Virus record (IMG/VR): IMGVR_UViG_3300025635_000020
DNA: 63,635 nt
Source: an uncultured virus (IMG/VR IMGVR_UViG_3300025635_000020)
Lineage: Duplodnaviria > Heunggongvirae > Uroviricota > Caudoviricetes
Direction: 5' to 3' (one strand)
A program made the position numbers and the translations under genes. The notes beneath the pieces were generated by a model. That model had not been told where the DNA came from. It did no database searches and worked only from the letters and a program-made list of their open reading frames with translations. This document shows, in pieces, positions 55,470 through 63,635 of this stretch (the first letter of the stretch is position 1; every line of letters begins with the position of its first letter).

Positions 55470-57218
55470 ATGGCATATACAATCAATCTTACTGACGGCA
55501 CAGTTTTTGCCACAGTTAACGACGGTACAGTAAACACCGCAAGTAGCATGACCCTTGTGGGTAAAAATTACGCAGGGTACGGGGAGTTTTTGGATGAAAA
55601 CTTTATACACCTGTTGGAAAACGGATCAAATACTTCGGCTCCAGTAGCACCTCTTACAGGGCAACTATGGTGGGACAAAACCAACAACTTGCTGAAAGTC
55701 TACAACGGTAGCATATTCAAAACAATCAGTGCCGCCACTGCCAGCGCCACTCAACCTTCATCCAACGTCACAGGTGACCTCTGGTACGATACCACAAACC
55801 AACAGGTCAAAGTATACACAGGTTCCAGTTTCATTGTAGTGGGGCCTGCATTTACATCAACAGAAGGCACCGCTGGTGCAATTCCTGAAACAGTCAACGA
55901 CAACACAGCAACTCCTCACTATGTGACTGGCCTTTATGTAGCAGGTACCAGAGTGGGCCTGGTGTCCAAGGACGCAACCTTCACTGCCGCGGCTCCAACA
56001 TCTGTGTTGTTCCCCACTGTATTCAAAGGTATCACCATGAGCAATTCGGCAGACACTGTGTTTGCTGGCAACCTCAGAAATGGTGGCAACGTGGTGATTA
56101 CAGCAGGCGGTGCTACTACGGCCATTGTACAAGCTACTGGAGTTTTGACTACAGGATTTAGTTCAGTTACAGGCAACGTAATAGGTGGTAATATTACCAC
56201 AGCAGGATTAGTTACAGCCACAGGTAACATCACTGGCGCTAACTTGATTACTGCAGGTTTGGCCACTGTTACAGGCAACGTAATTGGCGGAAACATAATC
56301 ACTGCAGGCAATGTGTCTGCTACGGGGGTTGTCACAGCCGGCGGCAATGTAATTGCAGCCAACGTGTCAACCGCAGGTTTAATTACAGCCACAGGCAATA
56401 TCACTGGTGGTAACATTATTACATCCGCACTGATGCAGGCTGCCAATGTGTCTGCAACTGCTAACGTACAAGCAGGCAATTTACGAACTACTGGTCTTGT
56501 GAGTGCTACAGGCAACATCACATCTGCTGCTAATATTGCAGGCACTTATTTTTTAGGCAATGGATCACAACTTACAGGTTTAAGTTTGGGTGTGTCTGTA
56601 ACCAAGTTTGAAAACGGCACATCCAAGGGTGAAATAAATGCGCCCAATGGTAATATAGCCTTTACTGTAGCAGGCACAGCCAACGTGGTTGTTGTTGATA
56701 CTACGACAGTTTATGCCAACGTGGTCAGTGTTCAAAGCATTGCTAAAACAGGATCAAATGGCGTGGGGAACATTGGTTCCAGCGCCAACTACTTTAACCA
56801 AGTATTTGCTACTGCTACAACGGCACTTTATGCTGACGTTGCAGAAAGATTTGAAGCCGATGAGACTCTTGAGCCCGGCACAGTTGTTGAGCTTGGCGGT
56901 ACCAAAGAAATCACACGTTCTAAGACTGATCTAAGTGAAAATGTATTTGGTGTGATAAGTACTAGACCAGCGTATACTATGAACGGCGCTGCCGGCGAAG
57001 ACAATACTCACCCCAAAGTTGCTATGACTGGTCGTGTGCCTGTTAAGGTTACTGGTTATATCAAGAAAGGAGATCGACTAGTAAGTGCCGGAAACGGTAT
57101 TGCTAGAGCGGCCCTGCCCGGAGAAGCCACAGCGTTCAACGTAATTGGACGTAGCCTGGTTGACAAGAACACCCCAGAACCCGGTACAATAGAAGCGATT
57201 GTGACTATCAAGAACTAA
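55470..57218 (+). CDS. Tail fibre protein with C-terminal intramolecular-chaperone-like domain
   Basis: LVGKNYAGYGEFLDENF and P..GQLWWD repeats; many TATGNITGGNI repeats; C-terminal YADVAERF...EPGTVV...GVIST.P...VAMTGRVPVKV. Confidence 0.8.
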   Translation: MAYTINLTDGTVFATVNDGTVNTASSMTLVGKNYAGYGEFLDENFIHLLENGSNTSAPVAPLTGQLWWDKTNNLLKVYNGSIFKTISAATASATQPSSNVTGDLWYDTTNQQVKVYTGSSFIVVGPAFTSTEGTAGAIPETVNDNTATPHYVTGLYVAGTRVGLVSKDATFTAAAPTSVLFPTVFKGITMSNSADTVFAGNLRNGGNVVITAGGATTAIVQATGVLTTGFSSVTGNVIGGNITTAGLVTATGNITGANLITAGLATVTGNVIGGNIITAGNVSATGVVTAGGNVIAANVSTAGLITATGNITGGNIITSALMQAANVSATANVQAGNLRTTGLVSATGNITSAANIAGTYFLGNGSQLTGLSLGVSVTKFENGTSKGEINAPNGNIAFTVAGTANVVVVDTTTVYANVVSVQSIAKTGSNGVGNIGSSANYFNQVFATATTALYADVAERFEADETLEPGTVVELGGTKEITRSKTDLSENVFGVISTRPAYTMNGAAGEDNTHPKVAMTGRVPVKVTGYIKKGDRLVSAGNGIARAALPGEATAFNVIGRSLVDKNTPEPGTIEAIVTIKN

Positions 57219-57233
57219 ACAGGAACAGAGACA

Positions 57234-58196
57234 ATGACTTATTCATCAGGCGGCCTAATTCAAGCCACAGACTACAACGGATTTGTTAGCACCACATCAG
57301 GAGCAAACGTTAATGATCTATGGAGCACCGGATCCGGCGATAAAGGTTGGGGACAAAGTGCATTGGCCACTGTCAGCGCCGCTGGCACTGTAACTGCTAC
57401 ACAATGGGCTAGTTTGGTCAATACAATTGCAAGCATGGGCAGTCAAACCAATACTTCAATCACTTCAAGAGCAGCCCCTACTGCTGGAACATTGATCAGT
57501 GTACTTTCGGCTGTTAATACCGACTTGACAAACATTACTACCAATAGAAACAACGCTGTAGCAATAGGTTCTCAAAATACTGGATGGACGGGTACAAATT
57601 CTAAAACCGCAGCTACATCGGGCGCTACATGGACAATCACAATTACAAATACCATTACCTGGTCTTCTGCCAACGCGGCTCGTTATTTTTTCAATGGCGG
57701 CGGCCTGATCAAAATAGATGTAAGCAAAACCTCCACAGGTGCTTTAGGTGATCCAGAATGGAACGATTTAGCTAACACCTTGTGTGGCGACATTTGGATT
57801 TCCGGAGCAGGCACTGCACATACCATAGCAGCCACGTCATACACCGGTGTAACCAAAATTGGCGGGACTGGAACTCCTGCTTCACTACAAACAAGTCTAG
57901 GCTGGTACAATTTGACTACTAGCGATCAAATACTCTACAAGCAATTTGCTGACACAGCACCTTATACTAATAACTACATCCAACATCAAGCCAAGACAGC
58001 AACAGCAGGCACACAACTGGTCATAACTACTACTTGGTCAGCATCGGACGGCGACGCAATTTCGGGCGGCACAGCGGCCTCAGGCGCTACCCCTGGCACA
58101 GCTCCTTGTACCATTGTTACCTATTACCCACCAGCAACAACTTATCTAACATCAGCCAGTTGGGGCACACCAACTGTGGCGGCTACAACAGCTTAA
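57234..58196 (+). CDS. Virion structural protein (hypothetical)
   Basis: Thr/Ser/Gly-rich, with GLIQATDYN, GWGQ and ARYFFNGGG. Confidence 0.6.
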   Translation: MTYSSGGLIQATDYNGFVSTTSGANVNDLWSTGSGDKGWGQSALATVSAAGTVTATQWASLVNTIASMGSQTNTSITSRAAPTAGTLISVLSAVNTDLTNITTNRNNAVAIGSQNTGWTGTNSKTAATSGATWTITITNTITWSSANAARYFFNGGGLIKIDVSKTSTGALGDPEWNDLANTLCGDIWISGAGTAHTIAATSYTGVTKIGGTGTPASLQTSLGWYNLTTSDQILYKQFADTAPYTNNYIQHQAKTATAGTQLVITTTWSASDGDAISGGTAASGATPGTAPCTIVTYYPPATTYLTSASWGTPTVAATTA

Positions 58197-58200
58197 CCAA

Positions 58201-58226
58201 AAAGGGGCAACAGCCCCTTTACTTTT
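58201..58226 (+). terminator. Intrinsic terminator ending the structural operon
   Basis: AAAGGGGC-aaca-GCCCCTTT-ACTTTT. Confidence 0.75.
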
Positions 58227-58251
58227 ACCTAAAACTCCTGTACAATAAAGC

Positions 58252-58557
58252 ATGGATACTAATGCATTAATTGCTCACGCACGAGCACGTTTTGATCACG
58301 AAGCAGCCAAACGAACGCTCAAAGAAAAATATCAAGCCAAAATGCTGTTTGCTTATGCTGGCGGTATGTGGCGTGCTGGTCCTGAATTACAAACTACACT
58401 GTTGACTTGTTCAGGCGCAGAAGCAGTGCTGTTAGACCTATATGAAAATCCAATCCGAGTAGACACCAAAGAGTTATATGCTCAAAGTCAACAACGCTGG
58501 CAAGAACAAATGAACGCTTGGTTAGTAGAACACGAGCAAAACCAGAAAAAAAGATGA
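58252..58557 (+). CDS. Hypothetical protein
   Basis: 101 aa, preceded by TTTACT-N17-TACAAT and translationally coupled to the next gene. Confidence 0.65.
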   Translation: MDTNALIAHARARFDHEAAKRTLKEKYQAKMLFAYAGGMWRAGPELQTTLLTCSGAEAVLLDLYENPIRVDTKELYAQSQQRWQEQMNAWLVEHEQNQKKR

Positions 58558-59402
58558 CACGCGGCGCACTAATATTTGCCTTCAACAATGAACAAACAGA
58601 CTATTTGGAAATGGCTGCTTGGTCGGCTCAAAACATTCGTAGGCACCTCAACATTCCAGTGGCTGTTGTCACCGACCAAGAAGACGCGGAGTCAGATAAA
58701 AGATTTGATCAAGTCATCAAAGCCTTACCTGCCGCAGGAGGAACACGTTATTTTGAGGACTATGCAAAAACTGTATCGTGGCACAACGCTGGTAGAACCG
58801 ATGCCTACGCTCTTAGTCCCTGGGATCATACGCTTGTACTCGATGCCGACTATGTAGTAGCAGACAGTGATTTAAATCAACTGTGGAATCACGCAGATTT
58901 CATGTGTCATAGATTGGCGTTTGATCTATCTAACAGGTCACACGATAATCAAGGATATTTAGATGAATTAAACTATTTTGGGCAACACAAATTGCCCATG
59001 TGGTGGGCAACCGTAATGATGTTTAGACGATCAAATACCGCACAATACATATTTGATTGCATGAACATGATACGAAATAATTGGCAACACTACAGGGACT
59101 TGTATGGAATTCAAAAAGCAACGTATCGTAATGACTTTGCATTAAGTATTGCAATAGGTATTGTAAGTGGACAAACATTTAAAGTTAATGAAATACCATG
59201 GCCGTTGGCCAGTGTAATGCCCGATACTAAATTAGAAAAATTAGATCAAGATCACTACCGATTAGAGTACATTGATTCCCAAAGTAAACCTTATCAGATG
59301 TCAATCGCAGGATACAGTTTTCATGCCATGGGAAAAAAACATTTAGGGGAAATCGTTGAAACCGATTGCAGAACAAGGCTACTTGATAGTAGCACAGAAT
59401 AG
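58554..59402 (+). CDS. GT-A fold glycosyltransferase-like protein
   Basis: RGALIFAFN, DYLEMA, SPWDHTLVLDADY (DxD) and YRNDFA. The start is placed at ATG 58554. Confidence 0.65.
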   Translation: MTRGALIFAFNNEQTDYLEMAAWSAQNIRRHLNIPVAVVTDQEDAESDKRFDQVIKALPAAGGTRYFEDYAKTVSWHNAGRTDAYALSPWDHTLVLDADYVVADSDLNQLWNHADFMCHRLAFDLSNRSHDNQGYLDELNYFGQHKLPMWWATVMMFRRSNTAQYIFDCMNMIRNNWQHYRDLYGIQKATYRNDFALSIAIGIVSGQTFKVNEIPWPLASVMPDTKLEKLDQDHYRLEYIDSQSKPYQMSIAGYSFHAMGKKHLGEIVETDCRTRLLDSSTE

Positions 59403-60141
59403 CAAAGATGTAAATTACATTGATTGTGCTCGCACCTTGGCCAAAACAATCAAATATTGGCACCCAGATGCACAAATATGTTTGTTAACTAACGAGCAAG
59501 TTGGTACAGATGTGTTGTTTGATTACGTACACCAATTTCCTTATCCGTTGGCAGAAAACCCTTATGCCAACGACTGGCAGGTGTTTCAAGCTACACCATT
59601 TAGAGAAACAATCAAACTAGAAGCCGACATGATGATTACCAGTCACATTGATCACTGGTGGAACATGCTTCGAAATCGAGACATTGTTGTCAGCACTGGT
59701 TGTAGAGATTGGAAAGACCAACGGGCTGCCGCACGTCACTATCGAAAAGTATTTGATGCCAACAACTTGCCTGACGTTTACAATGCTATTACATACTGGC
59801 GTAGGTCAGAAACTGCACAAGAGTTTTTTAGCACAGTACGTAATATATTTGAAAACTGGACAGAATATCGAAAATTACTAAAGTTTCCTGAAGAAGTGCC
59901 GTCAACTGATGTTGTATATGCCATGGCTGCCAATATTGTTGGGCCAGAACTGTGTACCATGCCATTTGCTGATTATCCAAGAATAGTACACATGAAACGA
60001 CATATTGCTGGAACCCATCGTGAATCATGGCAAGACGAATTGGTTTGGGAATTTAAAAATTACATGATGAGAGTAAACACAATGACACAATGGGGTGCAT
60101 TTCATTACCACGTTAAAGATTTACGCCATGCAAATAGATGA
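59356..60141 (+). CDS. GT-A fold glycosyltransferase-like protein (paralogue of the preceding gene)
   Basis: QGYLIVAQN, NYIDCARTLA, TPFRETIKLEADM and HMK. Confidence 0.6.
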   Translation: MKPIAEQGYLIVAQNSKDVNYIDCARTLAKTIKYWHPDAQICLLTNEQVGTDVLFDYVHQFPYPLAENPYANDWQVFQATPFRETIKLEADMMITSHIDHWWNMLRNRDIVVSTGCRDWKDQRAAARHYRKVFDANNLPDVYNAITYWRRSETAQEFFSTVRNIFENWTEYRKLLKFPEEVPSTDVVYAMAANIVGPELCTMPFADYPRIVHMKRHIAGTHRESWQDELVWEFKNYMMRVNTMTQWGAFHYHVKDLRHANR

Positions 60142-60460
60142 ATTTTGGAGCATATTACATGCTATGCCTGAGCCCCAGCCGGTGTTTTTTAGATTATATC
60201 ACCAGGATGGGGTTCCGTTATTCTACAGCATGGAAGACTTGCCTGGTACATACATTGAGATCGACTCGGAAACATTTGCTCGGTCTTCCATGCATGTGCG
60301 AGTATGTGACGGTAAATTAGTAGAAAAAATTTGGAAAACTGTTGTAAAACTAGTACCTAGTGATACAGGAACACCGTGTCATTCTGACAATGTAGCCATA
60401 GTGGTTGCAGAAACCGAACCGCACCAACGATGGAGCAAACAAACTTATGAAACAGATTGA
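60128..60460 (+). CDS. Hypothetical protein
   Basis: MQIDEFW...FRLYHQDG. Overlaps both neighbours in operon fashion. Confidence 0.55.
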   Translation: MQIDEFWSILHAMPEPQPVFFRLYHQDGVPLFYSMEDLPGTYIEIDSETFARSSMHVRVCDGKLVEKIWKTVVKLVPSDTGTPCHSDNVAIVVAETEPHQRWSKQTYETD

Positions 60461-61370
60461 TATAGCAGATTTAGACTGCATTTACTTGACTTATGATGAA
60501 CCACAACGTGAAGAATTTTGGGTAAAAATTAAAAACATGGTTCCCTGGGCCCGACGAGTGGACGGGGTCAAGGGCAGTGACGCAGCACACAAGGCAGCTG
60601 CCCGGGCCAGTGACACAGAACGTTTTGTACTCATTGACGGTGATAACATCCCCGATCCAGCGTTTTTTAATCAAACTCTGGTTCTCCCTACGCTAGAGTA
60701 TGAAAAGGCTGTGTTTCGTTGGCGTGCCCGCAACCATGTCAACGGATTGATGTATGGCAATGGCGGATTGAGTTCGTGGACTAAAACTTTTGTTGAGAAC
60801 ATGCGCACGCACGAAGCCACCGACGGGCGTGCAGAAACCGAAGTTGAATTCTGTTTTGATCCCTTGTACTGGGCCATGTATGACTGCTACTCAACAACAT
60901 ATCCTAACCAGTCGCCTTATCATGCCTGGCGTGCAGGCTTTCGCGAAGGCGTCAAGATGTGTTTGCAAAAAGGCATCAAGCCCAGCATCGAACGATTCAA
61001 AACTCAAGTATTACGCAATCTTGATAATCTCACTATATGGCATAACATAGGTGCCGATGTCGAACATGGCGAATGGGCCATGGCCGGCGCACGCCAAGGC
61101 ACGTATATGACCATGTTGACCAATTGGGATCATACTCAAGTTCAAGATTTTCATGAATTAAGTAAATTGTGGGACACAGTAAAAGATTCTAATCCACGTA
61201 TTTTGGCCAATCAACTGGGGCCAGAATTAGGCACTCAGCTGGATCTGCCCATGGCCATTATGGAAAGTGAACAGTCAGCATTTTTCAAATATCACTATCG
61301 TAGCGACTGGCGCAATCGCGGTGTCATGACTCGTGAAATAGATGTAATCAGGCAACAAGAAGGCTGGTAA
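60447..61370 (+). CDS. Glycosyltransferase-like protein (GT-A)
   Basis: IYLTYDEP, RVDGVKGSDAAHKAAA, FVLIDGD, LMYGNGG and AWRAGFREGVK. Confidence 0.65.
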   Translation: MKQIDIADLDCIYLTYDEPQREEFWVKIKNMVPWARRVDGVKGSDAAHKAAARASDTERFVLIDGDNIPDPAFFNQTLVLPTLEYEKAVFRWRARNHVNGLMYGNGGLSSWTKTFVENMRTHEATDGRAETEVEFCFDPLYWAMYDCYSTTYPNQSPYHAWRAGFREGVKMCLQKGIKPSIERFKTQVLRNLDNLTIWHNIGADVEHGEWAMAGARQGTYMTMLTNWDHTQVQDFHELSKLWDTVKDSNPRILANQLGPELGTQLDLPMAIMESEQSAFFKYHYRSDWRNRGVMTREIDVIRQQEGW

Positions 61371-61371
61371 C

Positions 61372-62016
61372 ATGCTAGACAAAATAATTCAAACAGCTCA
61401 AGACACAAACAAGCAAATATTAATTCTTGCGGCGCCAAGAACAGGCACTCATGCATTGGGGCAAGAGATTGCTGTTTTATCTAAGGCAAAGAATTTTGGG
61501 GAAATTTGTATGACTGGTTACTGCAATGATCCATGGCAAGATATACACAGTCTAATAGATTGCAAAGTTTTTGCTGTGGGGCATGTTGTTCAACTTACTC
61601 CAAAAATGGTATTGGCAGAAAATGTTGAAAAAATAAAAAAACGATGTGTATTGGTCAATATCAAACGCAAAGATCTAGTTTTGCAGTTTGCTAGTTGGAT
61701 GTATTTTAGAGTTTTAGATCCCACAGGCCTTCACGGTTGGCACAATCATAGTAAACAAAAAACCAGATTACAACCTGGCCAAATAGTTGCCAAAAAAGAA
61801 GATATTGATCAATTCAAACTTGAGCAAATGTTAGACGAATATTTTTTGCCTGACTTTAGATTATGTTATGAGACTATGAATTTTAGTCAACAAAAATTAT
61901 ATCAAAAAAATCAATTTAGTTTTCCGCTGCCGCAGATGTTTTCAAATTTAGATTTTGTACAACAACAATTAGGCACTTGGAAATTCACATCAGCACATTT
62001 GGGACAAAATGAATAA
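61372..62016 (+). CDS. Sulfotransferase-like P-loop protein
   Basis: ILAAPRTGTHAL (5'-PSB-like loop), KRKDLVLQFASW (3'-PB-like) and LCYE. Confidence 0.55.
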   Translation: MLDKIIQTAQDTNKQILILAAPRTGTHALGQEIAVLSKAKNFGEICMTGYCNDPWQDIHSLIDCKVFAVGHVVQLTPKMVLAENVEKIKKRCVLVNIKRKDLVLQFASWMYFRVLDPTGLHGWHNHSKQKTRLQPGQIVAKKEDIDQFKLEQMLDEYFLPDFRLCYETMNFSQQKLYQKNQFSFPLPQMFSNLDFVQQQLGTWKFTSAHLGQNE

Positions 62017-63403
62017 CAAAGGCGATGAGTCAGTGGGGACGCAAAGCAAGTTTCTAAGTGCGGCGCAACTCATGAAAACTCATTTGGGGGCCGCCTTGTG
62101 TCTAGCCAAATGGAAACAGGTCAGTTTGCACCTACCAACAGGACTCAACAACTCATGTTATCATCCTCCCTTGCACCAAATATCAGTAGAAGATTTAAAA
62201 CGCACAGGTGGCCTGCACAATACCGACTACAAGAAGCAGCAACGTAAACTAATGTTGGCTGGGCAGCGCCCTAGCGAATGTCAGTACTGCTGGAACATGG
62301 AAGACCTTGGGCAATTAAGCGATAGGCATTATCGCAGTGGCGAGCCTTGGGCCGCTGTGGACTTTGAAAAAATACGCAATTCAACTGGAGATGAGGATGA
62401 TGTCATACCCAGTTACGTGGAGGTTAACTTTAATCACGCTTGTAACCTTAAGTGCAGTTACTGTAGTCCTCAGTTTAGTAGCTCATGGGCTGACGAAGTT
62501 GATAGGTTGGGAGGATACCCGACTAGCCGTGTTCATAATGATCCTTCTCACTTTACCGGTAATCGCAAACCTATCCCAGTTCGAGAGAACAATCCGTATG
62601 TGGACGCATTTTGGCAGTGGTGGCCCACGCTTTACCCTCAGCTGAAGCATTTCCGTATGACTGGTGGCGAACCTTTGATGGATCGCAACACCTACAGAGT
62701 GTTTGACTATGTGTTGGACTTGCCCAAGCCTGACTTGCACCTAAACGTAACATCGAACTTTTCAGTGGAAGATACACTGTTTGAACGATACCTAGACTAC
62801 GTTAAACGACTGTGCAATACCCAAATAGAACACTTCATGCAGTATGTTAGCCTGGACTCAGGCAACGGATTTCAGGCCGAATACATACGTCATGGCATGA
62901 GTGCTGATCGTGTGTTCAGCAATGTCAATCAGTATCTAACTGAAGTGCCCCATCGCAACAGTCTAACGTTCATTATCACAATGAACAATCTTTCAGTGTC
63001 GGGCTTTCGCGAGTACATGGAATGGATCCTGCGCCTGCGTCAAAGCTACAGTGAAACCTATCAACGTGTGTGGTTTGACACACCAGTGCTGCGACAGCCT
63101 GCGTGGCAAAGCCTGCAGATCCTGCCTGAAAGTTATGCTCAGAAGTTAGAACACTGTGCAGACTGGATGGAAAGTCAAGTAACAACAGACTTGCACGGAT
63201 TCCGCGACTATGAAGTACAGCGCCTGCGCAGAGACATTGCCTGGATGCGTGAGGGACAACGGCAGGACAACTCAGTGGCTCGGGCAGACTTTTATCGTTT
63301 CTTTGCAGAACACGATCGCCGTAGAGGCACAGACTTTTTGCGTGCATTTCCTGAAATGAAGAGTTTCTGGGCCGAATGTGAATCACATGCTAGGCGCACA
63401 TAA
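62009..63403 (+). CDS. Radical SAM protein with twitch-type auxiliary cluster
   Basis: CLAKW...SCYHP...ECQYCW, CNLKCSYC, GGEPL and VTSN. Confidence 0.85.
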   Translation: MNNKGDESVGTQSKFLSAAQLMKTHLGAALCLAKWKQVSLHLPTGLNNSCYHPPLHQISVEDLKRTGGLHNTDYKKQQRKLMLAGQRPSECQYCWNMEDLGQLSDRHYRSGEPWAAVDFEKIRNSTGDEDDVIPSYVEVNFNHACNLKCSYCSPQFSSSWADEVDRLGGYPTSRVHNDPSHFTGNRKPIPVRENNPYVDAFWQWWPTLYPQLKHFRMTGGEPLMDRNTYRVFDYVLDLPKPDLHLNVTSNFSVEDTLFERYLDYVKRLCNTQIEHFMQYVSLDSGNGFQAEYIRHGMSADRVFSNVNQYLTEVPHRNSLTFIITMNNLSVSGFREYMEWILRLRQSYSETYQRVWFDTPVLRQPAWQSLQILPESYAQKLEHCADWMESQVTTDLHGFRDYEVQRLRRDIAWMREGQRQDNSVARADFYRFFAEHDRRRGTDFLRAFPEMKSFWAECESHARRT

Positions 63404-63635
63404 ACTCGTGGTAGACGAATGGGCCGAAGTTTGGGATCTGCTGAGACCCTGGGCCGACGCAAGTTTTTGGCAACTGCCTGAACTGGACCCTGCCAACATC
63501 TACATTGTGGGGCGGGTGCTGTTGAAAGAAAATTGGAAGACCATCACCGACTGGGCCACACAGTATCCTGGACGTGTGATCTTTTCAAACCCAGCCGAAG
63601 GATCAGAAACCATACTGCTGCAACTTCAAAGGCTA
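63387..63635 (+). CDS. Hypothetical protein, N-terminal part (runs off the window end)
   Basis: The frame is open from ATG 63387 (MLGAHKLVVDEWAEVWDLLRPW...) to the window end. Confidence 0.55.
   Translation, partial: MLGAHKLVVDEWAEVWDLLRPWADASFWQLPELDPANIYIVGRVLLKENWKTITDWATQYPGRVIFSNPAEGSETILLQLQRL

Noticed and set aside
55934..56545. 203-aa minus-strand ORF
   Set aside because: Antisense shadow of the repetitive fibre region.
1..63635. Stop-codon reassignment as seen in some jumbo phages
   Set aside because: Core genes are full length in the standard code and coding density is high.

Overview
This window is a gene-dense segment of a large T4-like (probably jumbo) myovirus genome in the standard genetic code. 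It holds a head module on the minus strand: major capsid gp23, scaffold, prohead protease gp21, acidic core protein and portal gp20. It also holds a tape-measure protein with an M15-type peptidase domain, a gp26-like tail chaperone with a likely -1 frameshift, the late sigma factor gp55, the gp47/gp46 nuclease pair, a baseplate module (gp53, hub, gp5, gp25, gp6 and a 5058-aa wedge protein) and several fibre proteins. Glycosyltransferase, sulfotransferase and radical SAM genes flank these modules. No terminase, sheath, tRNA or CRISPR array was recognised. The most unusual elements are: (1) a ~430-nt gene-free, highly structured minus-strand region directly downstream of a small GIY-YIG nuclease gene, ending in a cluster of GNA-loop DNA-type mini-hairpins; (2) a three-gene cassette converging on it, which includes an aminoacyl-tRNA-protein-transferase-like gene; (3) a yybP-ykoY manganese riboswitch under a phage late promoter, controlling a small peptide and terC, next to an HNH homing endonuclease behind the capsid gene; and (4) late promoters placed to give leaderless mRNAs. 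All family calls come from motif recognition by eye; no database searches were run.
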